DNA of 64,000 bases from Acidobacteriota bacterium (lineage in GTDB: Bacteria; Acidobacteriota; UBA890; WLXD01): contig CAXWPL010000005.1 in assembly GCA_963666215.2 (NCBI GenBank), positions 1,504,001 to 1,568,000 on the forward strand, written 5' to 3'. Of this stretch, positions 1-9,809 are shown one piece after another. How positions within the stretch are numbered: position 1 is the stretch's first letter; each line of letters begins with the position of its first letter. The notes under the pieces were generated by a model, which saw only the letters and a program-made list of their open reading frames with translations, ran no database searches and had not been told where the DNA came from. The position numbers and the translations under genes were made by a program.

Positions 1-916
1 CGACCAGGCTCTCGGCGAAGAGGTTGTCGCCGAGGCGGTGGCCTCCGTAGAGGTCGTTGGTCGGTGTCGAGATCGGTAGAAAGGCGAGACCGAGCTCTTC
101 GTCGACGGCGATCAGCGACCAGACATTGGTGCTGCCCGTGTACTCCCACGACCGGTTCTCCCAGGTCTCATTGCCTTCCTCGCCCGGCTGGGGAATGGTG
201 TGGAAGACCCACGCCAGCTCCCCGCTCTCCACGTCGTAGGCGCGAACGTAGCCGGGCGGCGCTTTCTGATAGGAGGGCATATCGGACACGATCGAGCCGA
301 CGATCACCGTGTTGCGGCACACCGAGGGCGGCGAGCTGTGGGTCGTCCTCGACTCGGTGATCTCGCGACCCAGGTCTTTGGTCATCTCGACCGCACCGTA
401 TTTGCCGAAGGCGGGGTCGGGCTTGCCGGTTATGGCGTCGAGGGAGAGCAGTCGCCGGTCGTGAGTCGCCATCAGCACTCGTCGCTTGTCGCCGCTCTTC
501 CAGTAGGCCGCGCCACGATGCTGAAAGCCCAGATTGGCCGGCCGCCCGGCTTCCCAGCTCTGAGGGTCGTAGCTCCACAGCGACTCGCCGGTGACGGCAT
601 CGATTGCGGCCACCTGGCCGAGGGCGGTGCTCACGTACATTCGACCGTCGACGACCACCGGAATCGCCTTGAAAGGGCCCGGGCGAACGGCAGCGGGCAG
701 GTCGCGGAGCTCGCCGTCGGGCGACTCCCAGGTCCAAGCCACCTCTACACGGTCGAAGTTGTCGGCGTCGATCTGGTCGAGAGCCGAGTACTTCGTGTTG
801 CCCCCGTCGTTGCCGAAATGCGGCCAGTCGACGTTTTCGGCCGAGGCAGCGGCCCCCGTAAATAGCAAGGCACAGATCCAGATGGACCATGCCAGCGGCC
901 TTCGCGGGTTGTTCAT
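1..916 (-). CDS. PQQ-dependent (quinoprotein glucose-type) dehydrogenase, 5' part; runs off the window
   Basis: Translated by hand (not in the ORF track): ATG at 916, signal peptide MNNPRRPLAWSIWICALLFTGAAASA, then DWPHFGNDGGNTKYSALDQI and PGYVRAYDVESGELAWVFHTIP...YGGHRLGDNLFAESLV. Confidence 0.88.
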   Translation of the reverse strand, partial: MNNPRRPLAWSIWICALLFTGAAASAENVDWPHFGNDGGNTKYSALDQIDADNFDRVEVAWTWESPDGELRDLPAAVRPGPFKAIPVVVDGRMYVSTALGQVAAIDAVTGESLWSYDPQSWEAGRPANLGFQHRGAAYWKSGDKRRVLMATHDRRLLSLDAITGKPDPAFGKYGAVEMTKDLGREITESRTTHSSPPSVCRNTVIVGSIVSDMPSYQKAPPGYVRAYDVESGELAWVFHTIPQPGEEGNETWENRSWEYTGSTNVWSLIAVDEELGLAFLPISTPTNDLYGGHRLGDNLFAESLV

Positions 917-1010
917 CGCCAACGAGGATACCGCGCTCCTGACGCAACTCGAATCGGGTGGTACCTCTCTGGCAGCCGGAGGCTGCCTGGGTCCAGGCTA
1001 GAATGGAGAG

Positions 1011-1484
1011 GTGGACTATCAGAAGACTCGGGAGGTGTTGGCGGCCTTCGAGCGCGAGGGAGTCACTTACGTGATTTTTGGAGCCGTTGCCCTCAACCTT
1101 CAGGGACTGGCGCGGGCAACGGAGGATCTCGACGTCTTCCTCGCTCCGTCAGCCGAGAATGTTTCACGCTTGCGCAGGGCGCTCCGTAGCGTCTTCGATG
1201 ACGACCCACACATCGATGAGATCACCGCCGAAGACCTCCTCGGGGACTATCCGGCGGTGCAGTACGTGCCTCCCGACGGGGACTTTTACATCGACATTCT
1301 GACTCGTTTGGGAGAGGCCTTTCGATTTGAGGATCTCGAATCGGAGCGCGTTGACTTCGATGGTCTGGAAGTTTCGGTCACGACACCGGCTACTCTCTAC
1401 CGCATGAAGAGAGGGACGGTTCGGCCAAGGGACCAGGGGGATGCCGAGCGCCTCCGTCTTAGGTTCGGTTTCGAGGACGACTAG
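1011..1484 (+). CDS. Nucleotidyltransferase family protein (putative TA component)
   Basis: YVIFGAVALNLQGLARATEDLD motif (G-A...R-T-D-D) and C-terminal K...RPRDQGD. TAGAAT lies just upstream. Confidence 0.8.
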   Translation: MDYQKTREVLAAFEREGVTYVIFGAVALNLQGLARATEDLDVFLAPSAENVSRLRRALRSVFDDDPHIDEITAEDLLGDYPAVQYVPPDGDFYIDILTRLGEAFRFEDLESERVDFDGLEVSVTTPATLYRMKRGTVRPRDQGDAERLRLRFGFEDD

Positions 1485-1723
1485 TGCCCGTCTACAAGTA
1501 TCGCGACGTCAGCGAGATGGAAGATCGAACCTGGCGTGAGCCGGGCGATCCCTCGCTTTTCAAGGCGATCTCCGCTACCTGGGACTTCGCTCGACGCACG
1601 ACTCGCCCTCAATTTCCACCCGGTGTGTACAAACACCCGTCTCGCGCCTCTGCCGAAGAGCTCTGTGACGAGTGGGAGCGCCGTAACTTCGAGTCGTTTC
1701 GAGAGCATCGCTCTCGGCGGTGA
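1484..1723 (+). CDS. Small hypothetical protein, partner of the nucleotidyltransferase
   Basis: Start overlaps the upstream stop. The PPGVYKHPSRASAEE motif resembles PRGVHRFTTHEDADK in 33633-33863. Confidence 0.7.
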   Translation: MPVYKYRDVSEMEDRTWREPGDPSLFKAISATWDFARRTTRPQFPPGVYKHPSRASAEELCDEWERRNFESFREHRSRR

Positions 1724-1769
1724 GACGAGCGGCCGTGCGGCCGGGGTTCTGCCGATTAGCCCTGCACTT

Positions 1770-1858
1770 CTAGCGGGGCACTACCCAGATCGGCGATGAC
1801 CAGGCACGCTCCTGGATCGTCGCCGCCAGGTTGGGGTTCGGCGGCGTGCCAGCCGAGA
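1770..1858 (-). pseudogene. 3' remnant of a DUF3604-type gene
   Basis: Reads PPNPNLAATIQERAWSSPIWVVPR*, matching the C-terminus PNPDLPATHQERAWSSPIWYAP of 6585-8396. Confidence 0.75.
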
Positions 1859-1924
1859 CTCCTTCGCATATTCGGGTGGCACCTAGTCGTCGGAACCGTC
1901 GGAACCGGCACCTGGCGTGGTAGC

Positions 1925-4147
1925 TCATGCGATGACCTGTTGATCGAACAACTGATCGACTCGACCTGACTCGTAACCCAGGAGGCCCTCCAGCACGCGC
2001 CGCGTATCGCCGAACAACAGGGGTGCACCGCGCCAGATCGAAGTGCGCAACCCATCCACATGCCACAGCGAGCCACCGATCCTGAGTTTGCTGTCCAGCA
2101 CTTCGGGCGATTCATCCTGAATCCAGAATCCTCGTTTCACCAGGTACTCGTCGTCCAGAACATCGCCACTATGGGCAATCCTCTGCATCGGCAACTCAAC
2201 GGCGGAGAGTCGCGCCAGGAGCTCATTCTCGTCAAGGCGGGCCGCCGCAATCCGAATGGCTTCACTGGAAGCATCCGCTGCGTTGAGGCTTTGCTCTAAC
2301 CGCCGCCAGTCCTCTTTCGTCTCGATGAATAACAAGGCGAAGCGACCGTCACCTGTCTCCACCACCAGATACTCCAGGTCTGGTCCAGAGACATCATCCT
2401 CATCGGCCAAGGCGTCGAGCAGGGGCTCCAGGACGATGGCTGCGGTCATTTCCAGCTCAGACAAATCCACCCGAGCGGGCTTTCCAGTTGCCTGCGCATT
2501 GCGAACAAATGCGGCAATCGCAAATGCGCCGCCAAGCCCTGAAACCGGGTCGGGGTATGCGATGTACATCTGTGAGCAGGTCCGGCCATCCTGGCTGGTG
2601 GCATACCCTGCTCCAGCGGCGGCGTAGACGTGGGTGCCATAGCCGATGTAGTGGGAGCGAGGTCCGGTCTGCCCAAAGGCGGACATCGAGACGTAGACCA
2701 GGCTTGAATTTGACTCGATCAGGTCACCGTAACCAACACCCAAACGATCCACCACACCCGGTGAAAAGTTCTCGACCACGACGTCAGATTCAGCCGCGAG
2801 CGCCTTGACGATCTGCTTGCCTCCGGCGGTCTTCAAATTTACGCCGATCGAGAACTTACCGCGCTGGTTGGCACTCCACCACGCGGCGGTGTTGTTCGAG
2901 TCCTCATTCTCTGCCGCGAAAGGTGGGTTGCGACGCATATTACTCGCCGTCGGCTGCCACTCGACATTGATGACTTCCGCGCCCAGATCTGACAAGAGTG
3001 TGGTCGCGAAAGGTCCGGCCCAAGCCCAGCTCAGGTCTAGTATCCTCAGACCCGCGAGCGGTAGGTCAGAACCACCTTCACGAAGCCGGCCGGCTCGCCG
3101 GTCGGGTCTCGGCTGTGCTGACTGCCCGACCGAATCGCCAACGGCGGCGAGCCAAGGTAGATTGAGCTTCGGAGCCGTCGACGTGGTTCGATCAAAGAAC
3201 TCACGCGCGTTCAAATGAACGTCAACGGCGACTTGAGCAGAGCTGTACACCGGCGCGACGGGGATGTGTTCAGCCTGACACAGATCCGCGATGTCTTCCG
3301 ATGTTCTGTCCTTCGCCCAAGCTCGAATACGGTGATCGATTCGATCGACTGCCTCACTGAGAATCAACGGATTTGCTTCAACCTGCTCGGCAACATCATC
3401 CAGTTCACCCATGAGCCGCAACAAATCCGCCCAATGGCCAGGATTGACAGCACGGACATAAGCCAGGCCATTGGCTGTTTCAACGGTGCCACCGGGCATC
3501 GGACGCACTGGCGCTTGCCCCGCCCCGATGATCCTATTTTCCAACTGCGCAAACGCGACCGGCTGCATCGGCATGATCGCTAACAGTTCGAGCTGATCGA
3601 GCTGAAGGTGACGTGCGCCTGAGTCCTCTCCCAGCAACGCACACATACCCGCCGTGGCGGCGCTGACCCCTGCAAGCAGACTCGCCTGGCGGTTCAGCGG
3701 AATGCAGGGCGTCGTCAGGGCACCGGCGGCGTCCATTTCGCGCGTCAGGTAACCGAGACCAGACCGTGCCCACAGCTTCATATCCTGCACCAATGAAGCC
3801 GAAAAGCTCTCCGCTGGCTCCATCGGCGATGTAATCTCAATCAGCACCGCCGACTCGATCAGCCGGGGTGGAACCTCGCCTCTCAAAGCCAATCCCGCGC
3901 TGTCACAGATGACTAGATCGTACGGTTCGTCTACCGAGAAGTCTGCTGAGGCGACCGAACGGGCCACCTGAGATTCGAATCTTGCTTCTGGCGTCTGGTC
4001 GTCGGGTTCGCGCCATCGCGGTCGGTAGGACATAACACAAGCGCCGCTGTCTGCCAGCCAACCTGCAGCGACTCGCGTCGCAATCGCAACGCCAAGCGTC
4101 AGAACGGATACGTTTGCCAGAGGTGTCGTGTACCGAGACAGCTGCAT
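1925..4147 (-). CDS. CaiB/BaiF family CoA-transferase with two tandem domains
   Basis: PLAGLRILDLSWAWAGPFATTLLSDLGAEVINVE, NQRGKFSIGVNLK, DVVVENFSPG. Start at MQLSRY chosen. Confidence 0.85.
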   Translation of the reverse strand: MQLSRYTTPLANVSVLTLGVAIATRVAAGWLADSGACVMSYRPRWREPDDQTPEARFESQVARSVASADFSVDEPYDLVICDSAGLALRGEVPPRLIESAVLIEITSPMEPAESFSASLVQDMKLWARSGLGYLTREMDAAGALTTPCIPLNRQASLLAGVSAATAGMCALLGEDSGARHLQLDQLELLAIMPMQPVAFAQLENRIIGAGQAPVRPMPGGTVETANGLAYVRAVNPGHWADLLRLMGELDDVAEQVEANPLILSEAVDRIDHRIRAWAKDRTSEDIADLCQAEHIPVAPVYSSAQVAVDVHLNAREFFDRTTSTAPKLNLPWLAAVGDSVGQSAQPRPDRRAGRLREGGSDLPLAGLRILDLSWAWAGPFATTLLSDLGAEVINVEWQPTASNMRRNPPFAAENEDSNNTAAWWSANQRGKFSIGVNLKTAGGKQIVKALAAESDVVVENFSPGVVDRLGVGYGDLIESNSSLVYVSMSAFGQTGPRSHYIGYGTHVYAAAGAGYATSQDGRTCSQMYIAYPDPVSGLGGAFAIAAFVRNAQATGKPARVDLSELEMTAAIVLEPLLDALADEDDVSGPDLEYLVVETGDGRFALLFIETKEDWRRLEQSLNAADASSEAIRIAAARLDENELLARLSAVELPMQRIAHSGDVLDDEYLVKRGFWIQDESPEVLDSKLRIGGSLWHVDGLRTSIWRGAPLLFGDTRRVLEGLLGYESGRVDQLFDQQVIA

Positions 4148-4262
4148 GGGCTCCTCTATCAGACAATGAACTAGGATTTTCACCCAAACCACCCCCCACT
4201 CGCCACTTTTCGTCGTTCGGCTGGTTCAATTGAGCTCCGACCCCGTGCAGGTAGCGACTCAG

Positions 4263-4520
4263 TGGGCCAAGATCGCCGACTGCCGCAAGCCGCTGATCGG
4301 CGCCGGAGGCACCTAGCGCCTCGCGCGCCAAGTCGGCAAATCAAAGGCGATGGAGCTCATCCTCACCGGCCAGGTCAACCGTGTGTACGAGAGCGGCCTC
4401 TCCGATTGGACTGCTCTACGAGCGCCGGCTCTTCTACTCGTCGTTGGCAACCGCAGACAAGGCCGAGGCACGCGCGCCTTCATCGAGAAACAGTCTACCC
4501 CGATTCAGCGACCTCCGTTC
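4263..4520 (+). pseudogene. Degraded enoyl-CoA hydratase remnant
   Basis: Pieces WAKIADCRKPLI / GAGGT*RLARQVGKSKAMELILTG / VNRVYESGL / GLLYERRLFYSSLATADKAE / AFIEK, with internal deletions, a TAG at the conserved Q, and frameshifts. Confidence 0.75.
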
Positions 4521-4675
4521 GCTTCGCTCACGAGGTGCCAGCCTCTTGTTGAGGACCCGCCCGGCGGACCACCCGGGAGCCGATCCCTCTGAATGGAGGG
4601 CAGAATGTTCGGCTGGCACCCTGGCAGCTGAAGGCTGCCGGTGACCACCGCCCCCACTTGGCTTACAATGTGCGA

Positions 4676-5827
4676 ATGGACATCAGAGTAGATACTCGAG
4701 GCCGCGAGTCCGGCCCCCCCGGCTATTTCGAAGACGCCGACAACTTCCTCATGCCGTTGGCTCCGAACACCAAATCTCGTCGCATTCCCGACGGCGACTT
4801 TCCGACCGGTCCCGAGGTTGGCACGCGACTACCCGAGGTGGTCGCGGTCGACCAACACGGTCACTCGGTCGACCTGCATGCGGACCGCGGCGGCCAACCG
4901 GCGGTCTTGGTTTTTTCCCGATCAGCGGTGTGGTGACCCCCCTGTCGAACGCAGCTGGTCGAGCTGCAGCGAGGGATGGACGCTTTCGATGCCGCCGGGG
5001 TCAAGCTCTACACCCTGAGCTATGACGAAGCCGATGCGCTCGCCGACTACTCTAAGGCCATGGGGGCCACTTTCACCATGCTCTCGGACCCGAACAGTGA
5101 CGTGATTCGCGCGTTCGGGATCCTCAACACGCTCATCCCGCCGGACGAGCACCCCTGGTACGGGATCCCCTTTCCCGGGGCCTACGTGATCGATGCCAAC
5201 GGCGTCATCGTCGCCAAGTTCTTCGAGCACAACTTTGGTGCGAGAACCGGACCCGAGCGGCTCCTCGACGCTGCTCTCGGCCGGAGGTTCGAGGTGGAGC
5301 CCGCGGCGAGCCCGGCGGAGCAGGTGAGTGTCGACGTGATCCTCGACGCCGACCGGCTGCTCTCGGGCTCCATTCACGAGATCGTCGCGACCTTCCGGGT
5401 ACCGGAAGGGCAACATCTCTACGGCGAGCCGGTACCGGACGGCCTGGTGGCTGCCACGATCGAAGTCGACGACGTTCTCGGCATCATCACCTTCGCCCTG
5501 GTTGCACCGCCTACTTCCCAGTTGACCCTCGCCGGGTCCGGCGAGACCCTCGAGATCTACGAGGGCGACGTGGTGCTGCGGCTCCCGATCGCACAAAACG
5601 GCAGGACCATGGAGAAGGTCGACGGCAAGCGCTATGTCGACATCAGTGGCAGGGTCCGTTGGCAAGCGTGCGACGACGTGGAGTGCGGCCTACCTCAGTC
5701 GCAGAGCTTCGACTTCCGGATCGAGGCCGGTTTCCCGGTCCTCGGAGACATGGGCCCAGGGGTGGGACGAGTACCGGAAATGAACGGTGCCGCCCACTTC
5801 CAGAAGCTGATAGATCGACGGAAGTAG
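4676..5827 (+). CDS. Probable selenoprotein: AhpC/TSA (peroxiredoxin-like) redoxin domain with UxxC, fused to a DsbD N-terminal-like domain
   Basis: ORFs 4658-4936 and 4976-5827 are in the same frame. The junction reads RSAVW-TGA(4934-4936)-PPCRTQLVELQ. The C-terminal part has WQACDDVECGLP. Confidence 0.85.
4937..4975 (+). promoter_or_regulatory. Bacterial SECIS-like hairpin
   Basis: Stem GCAGCT(4951-56)/AGCTGC(4962-67), loop GGTCG starting 20 nt after the UGA, lower stem CCC..TCG/CGA GGG. Confidence 0.7.
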
Positions 5828-6218
5828 GCTCCCCGACCATCCGACCCCTGCTGAAAGTTCTAGCGCCGGGCTTAGCGCCGGGACGTGGGGAGGGTTGTTT
5901 GTGGCTTCCGAGTGGGTGTCGGTGACCGGATTAAACTCCCGGACTATGCGATCCCTCTACGCACTCGCCATCTTTCTCGGCGCCGTCCTGTCGAGAAACT
6001 CGGCCGACGTCCTGTCCGAAAACAGGATCGCGTTGCAACTTATACTCAGAGAGTGAGTTGCTCGCGGGTAGACTACGCCGATGAGAGCCGACTTCAGACT
6101 CGCCTAAGTGCCTCCCGTCGTGCGACTTGCACGTGGCTGAGTTTTCGGACACTACGGTCCTGCCTCGGTCGCGTGGGCTCCAACTTCTGGGGCGCAACCA
6201 TCCGGAACACGAGTGAGG

Positions 6219-6327
6219 GCGCACGGCATAGCTGCCATAGGGGCGCCATTACCTGCTAATCACGCCCGCTCGGCGCGCGTCGAGCCACGCATTACGGCGG
6301 TGAGCTGCCCATGCCGGCTTGCTCGAG
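6219..6327 (-). repeat. Dispersed repeat module A (inverted copy)
   Basis: Reverse complement matches 52327-52431 and 54451-54503 (GTGATTAGCAGGTAATGGCGCC..CTATGGCAGCTATGCCGTGCG). Confidence 0.85.
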
Positions 6328-6456
6328 CAGCTCTCACAAAGGGTGCTCGCGGCCGATCGTCGGCTGTCGAGTGGTTATCGAAGACGACCTCGACAACGGG
6401 TCACGCCCTGAGCTCGCCGAGCGCTTCGAAGTGCACCGCCTCGCTGTCGTGGAGCT

Positions 6457-6540
6457 GCGGCGCGGCGCACTGGCTGAACTCGGCTGAGCCAGTGCACAGC
6501 TCTGCCACCACGCCGATGGAATGAGGATCAGCTCACTGGC
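6457..6540 (+). repeat. Dispersed repeat module B
   Basis: GCTGAACTCGGCTGAGC.AGTGCACAGCTCTGCCAC..GCCGATGGAATGAGGATCAGCTCACTGGC also occurs at about 52430-52510 and 54513-54589. Confidence 0.85.
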
Positions 6541-6584
6541 GAGGGGTGTTAAAGTCCGACGCTCTCACACCAGAAAGGATCCTC

Positions 6585-8396
6585 ATGCGACTTCATTCGG
6601 CTCTCTCCGTTGGCTGCTTGACTCTGCTACTGGCGGGTGGTTCTCGAGAGGCGGCGGCGGCAGAGCCTGACCCGGCTGCTCGTTCAGCTCTGTTTGGCGA
6701 TACCCACATCCACACCACCTACTCCTTCGACGCGTTCTCAGGCGGCGTGCGTACTACACCGGACCACGCCTACCGATTCGCAAAGGGGGAGGCGATACCC
6801 CATACGAATGGTTCGGCGCTTCGAATATCAGGGCCGCCATTGGATTTTCTCGCCGTCTCCGACCACGGAAGGTACCTGGGTGTCTTTTCTGCGCTGTTGG
6901 ACCCGGGTAGTGCGATTTACAACCATCCGGCGGCCCCTCTGTTGACGGGTGGGGGAGGGCTCAGGGGAAGAGCAAGAATGATCCAGGAGCTGCTCAGGCA
7001 CCCTGATCTCACCGACCGAGCGGTGCTCGTCAGCGCATGGAGGAAGGTCATCGATGCGGCCGAGCGGCATAACGATCCGGGCACTTTCACCACTTTCGTG
7101 GGCTACGAGTTCACACCGAGCGTGGGCGGGCGTCATCTACACCGCAACGTCATCTTTCGCGGTGACGCACCGGAGGTGCCATTCAGCTCCGTCGACTCCC
7201 CCAACCCCGAAGACCTGTGGAATTGGCTCGACGATCTGAGATCGCAGGGCATCGAGGCTCTGGCCATCCCTCATAACACCAACCAAAGTGACGGCCTTGC
7301 ATTCCAGGAGCAGACTTGGGATGGCAAGCCCATCGACGCCGCGTTCGCCGAAAAGCGGATACGCAATGAGCCGCTGGTCGAGATCTCCCAGCAGAAGGGG
7401 ACCTCCGAGACCCATCCCTCGCTGTCGCCGAACGACGAGTGGGCGGAATTTCAGATCGTCCAGTATTTCCTCGACAAGATCGAGAACAAGGACCCCATTT
7501 CCATCTTCAAGGGCGGGTACGTACGTGATGCGCTCAAGATTGGGTTGGAGATGGAGGAGCGAGATGGTTTCAATCCATACAAGTTCGGCTTCATCGGTTC
7601 CAGCGACAGCCATCTTGCGGCCGGATCCTACGAAGAAGACCGCCGCTTCTCGGGGGGTCGGAACACACCGCAGGGGCGTGGATCGGCGCCCGCCAACGGC
7701 GATTCCTGGGAGGGCTTCTGGACCCCGCGCAATGCCACCCACGGCACCGGGGGCCTTGCCGCGGTGTGGGCGGAAGAGAATACTCGCGAGTCGATCTACT
7801 CCGCCTTCCGCCGTAAAGAGACCTTCGGGACCTCGGGCAACCGGATGAAAGTCAGGTTCTTCGGTGGATTCGATCTTTCGAAGGGGCTTCTCGAAAGCGA
7901 GGACCCAATCGCCAAGGCCTATGAGACCGGGGTCCCGATGGGCGGAGAAATGGAAGGCGGTTCGGGCACAGCACCCAGCTTTCTGGTGTGGGCAGTGCGA
8001 GACCCCAACGCCGGCTGGCTGCAGCGCGCCCAGGTCATCAAAGGATGGATGGAGGCCGGTGTCTCAAAAGAGCTGGTCTTCGATGTGGCCTGCTCCGACG
8101 GCCTCGAGCCGGATCCGGAGTCCCATCGATGCCCGGATAACGGCGCCAGGGTCAACCTCTCGGACTGCAGCGTGAGTCGCGACAAGGGGGCGGTCAAGCT
8201 CGAGACGATGTGGACAGACCCCGACTTCGAGCCTACCCAGCGTGCTTTCTACTATGTCCGGGTGCTCGAGAATCCATCCTGTCGATGGTCGACCTGGGAT
8301 GCTCTCGGCCTCGGAATCGAGCCCAATCCCGATCTGCCCGCAACGCATCAGGAGCGCGCCTGGAGCTCTCCCATCTGGTATGCCCCAACAATGTAG
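6585..8396 (+). CDS. DUF3604 family secreted PHP-like metallohydrolase
   Basis: FGDTHIHTTYSFDAF, LDFLAVSDH, HLHRNVIFR, AIPHNTNQSDG, QERAWSSPIWY; signal peptide; AAAGGA before ATG 6585. Confidence 0.88.
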   Translation: MRLHSALSVGCLTLLLAGGSREAAAAEPDPAARSALFGDTHIHTTYSFDAFSGGVRTTPDHAYRFAKGEAIPHTNGSALRISGPPLDFLAVSDHGRYLGVFSALLDPGSAIYNHPAAPLLTGGGGLRGRARMIQELLRHPDLTDRAVLVSAWRKVIDAAERHNDPGTFTTFVGYEFTPSVGGRHLHRNVIFRGDAPEVPFSSVDSPNPEDLWNWLDDLRSQGIEALAIPHNTNQSDGLAFQEQTWDGKPIDAAFAEKRIRNEPLVEISQQKGTSETHPSLSPNDEWAEFQIVQYFLDKIENKDPISIFKGGYVRDALKIGLEMEERDGFNPYKFGFIGSSDSHLAAGSYEEDRRFSGGRNTPQGRGSAPANGDSWEGFWTPRNATHGTGGLAAVWAEENTRESIYSAFRRKETFGTSGNRMKVRFFGGFDLSKGLLESEDPIAKAYETGVPMGGEMEGGSGTAPSFLVWAVRDPNAGWLQRAQVIKGWMEAGVSKELVFDVACSDGLEPDPESHRCPDNGARVNLSDCSVSRDKGAVKLETMWTDPDFEPTQRAFYYVRVLENPSCRWSTWDALGLGIEPNPDLPATHQERAWSSPIWYAPTM

Positions 8397-8500
8397 GGAA
8401 TCCGTGATCTGGAGCGAGTCGGGCTTCTCCAGCGCCTACGGACCGGTCTCGGTGAGGGGCTCTCGATCCGCTCGAGACTGAGCGGCGGCGCCAAAGCCCT

Positions 8501-9655
8501 CTACTCGAGCGCCATGCGAGTGCCGACGCGCGTGAGTCTTCTGCCGAGCTCGATGTCGATCAGATCGGCGCCACCACACTTGGCCAGCAGCTCGCGTCCG
8601 ACCAGGCGATCCACCTCGCTCTGCGCCGCATACCAATCCAGTCCGCGCTGCAGCACCCAAAGCGGATACGTGCCGGCGCCCGACGGTACCGGCACGCCGC
8701 GCAGGGTGTGATCCACGCGGCCGACGACCGCCTCGTCGAATCCGTCGGGCGAAATGATCGAGCCCTGCGGTCGATCGGTGTGGCGGGCTGCCCAGTCGTT
8801 GTAGACCTCGGCGGATCGCACGAGGGCCGGACCGGCGTCGGCGATGCAGAGCCGCAGCAGCGACAACACGGTCTCAGGGATCTCGTCGTCGGGCAGGTAC
8901 TCCATCGGCGCGTCCGCGAACTCCGGTGAGACGATCTCCGGCGTATTCATGTGCTCCGTCCAACGAAAGACGCGCGGCGCGCGGATCTTCATCAGCCGCG
9001 AGGGCTCGGGGTCACGTGCGAGGTGCCCGAACAGCGACCCCATCAGCACGTGGTCCGCGATGCTCGGCAGGCCACCGAAGAAGTAGGGCTGCGTCGTGAA
9101 ATGCTCCTCGAGGATCGCCAACACCTCGAAGTAGATCTTCTCCATCACCGGCCGCAGCGCAACGCTGTCTCCCAACCCAGAGCGCTTGCCCTCCATGCGC
9201 TCGGCGATGACCCCGCCGTAATGGTCGAGCTCGTCGTCCGAGCCCTGTGGCTTGAAGGAGCGACCGAACTCGCGGCCGACGAAACCGTAGTTCTCGTCCA
9301 TGAAGTTCCAGCGGTAGTGCCAGGCGACGCGTCCGAGCTCCGAATCCAGCAGTACCTCGAACAGCCGCGCGACGAGCTGCTGGCGCGGCCCGGGCGGATA
9401 GGCGGCGGGCTCAGGGAATCGCTCTTCGAGGTAGTCATAGATGGCGATGGTGTCCTGCACCACAGTGCCATCCGGCGCCTCGAGCTGCTGGATGCGGTGG
9501 TTCTCGCTCGTCGGTCGCACGTACTCGCGGAAGCGCGGTGACGCGGGCAGACGCTCGACGAACGGGATGCCTTTCTTGCGGAGATAGCTGCGCGATTTCG
9601 CTGTGGCGTACGAGGCGTACGAGCCGTAGAGAACGTAGGGGGTCTCGCTCGGCAT
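8501..9655 (-). CDS. Glutathione S-transferase family protein
   Basis: SYATAKSRSYLRKKGIPFVE, DGTVVQDT, PYFFGGLPSIADH. Start at MPSETP chosen. Confidence 0.8.
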   Translation of the reverse strand: MPSETPYVLYGSYASYATAKSRSYLRKKGIPFVERLPASPRFREYVRPTSENHRIQQLEAPDGTVVQDTIAIYDYLEERFPEPAAYPPGPRQQLVARLFEVLLDSELGRVAWHYRWNFMDENYGFVGREFGRSFKPQGSDDELDHYGGVIAERMEGKRSGLGDSVALRPVMEKIYFEVLAILEEHFTTQPYFFGGLPSIADHVLMGSLFGHLARDPEPSRLMKIRAPRVFRWTEHMNTPEIVSPEFADAPMEYLPDDEIPETVLSLLRLCIADAGPALVRSAEVYNDWAARHTDRPQGSIISPDGFDEAVVGRVDHTLRGVPVPSGAGTYPLWVLQRGLDWYAAQSEVDRLVGRELLAKCGGADLIDIELGRRLTRVGTRMALE

Positions 9656-9809
9656 GGGGGAGGGGCCTTTCGTCTGTGCGTCTTGGATTTGTTGAAGAGC
9701 AGTGCGGCGCGCTTCCAGAAGACTACCCGAATCCGGCACGCTCTTCGGAGAATGAAACGGTGCGTGCTGTAGGGTGGCCGCTCTTTCCATGGTTCGATAA
9801 AGGACGATC

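Noticed and set aside
168-1001. ORFs 168-947, 200-865, 591-1001 and the many other long overlapping ORFs (e.g. 9836-11098, 32012-33445, 35394-36572, 47738-48622)
   Set aside because: Shadow or alternate frames of real genes in GC-rich DNA, with no family motifs.
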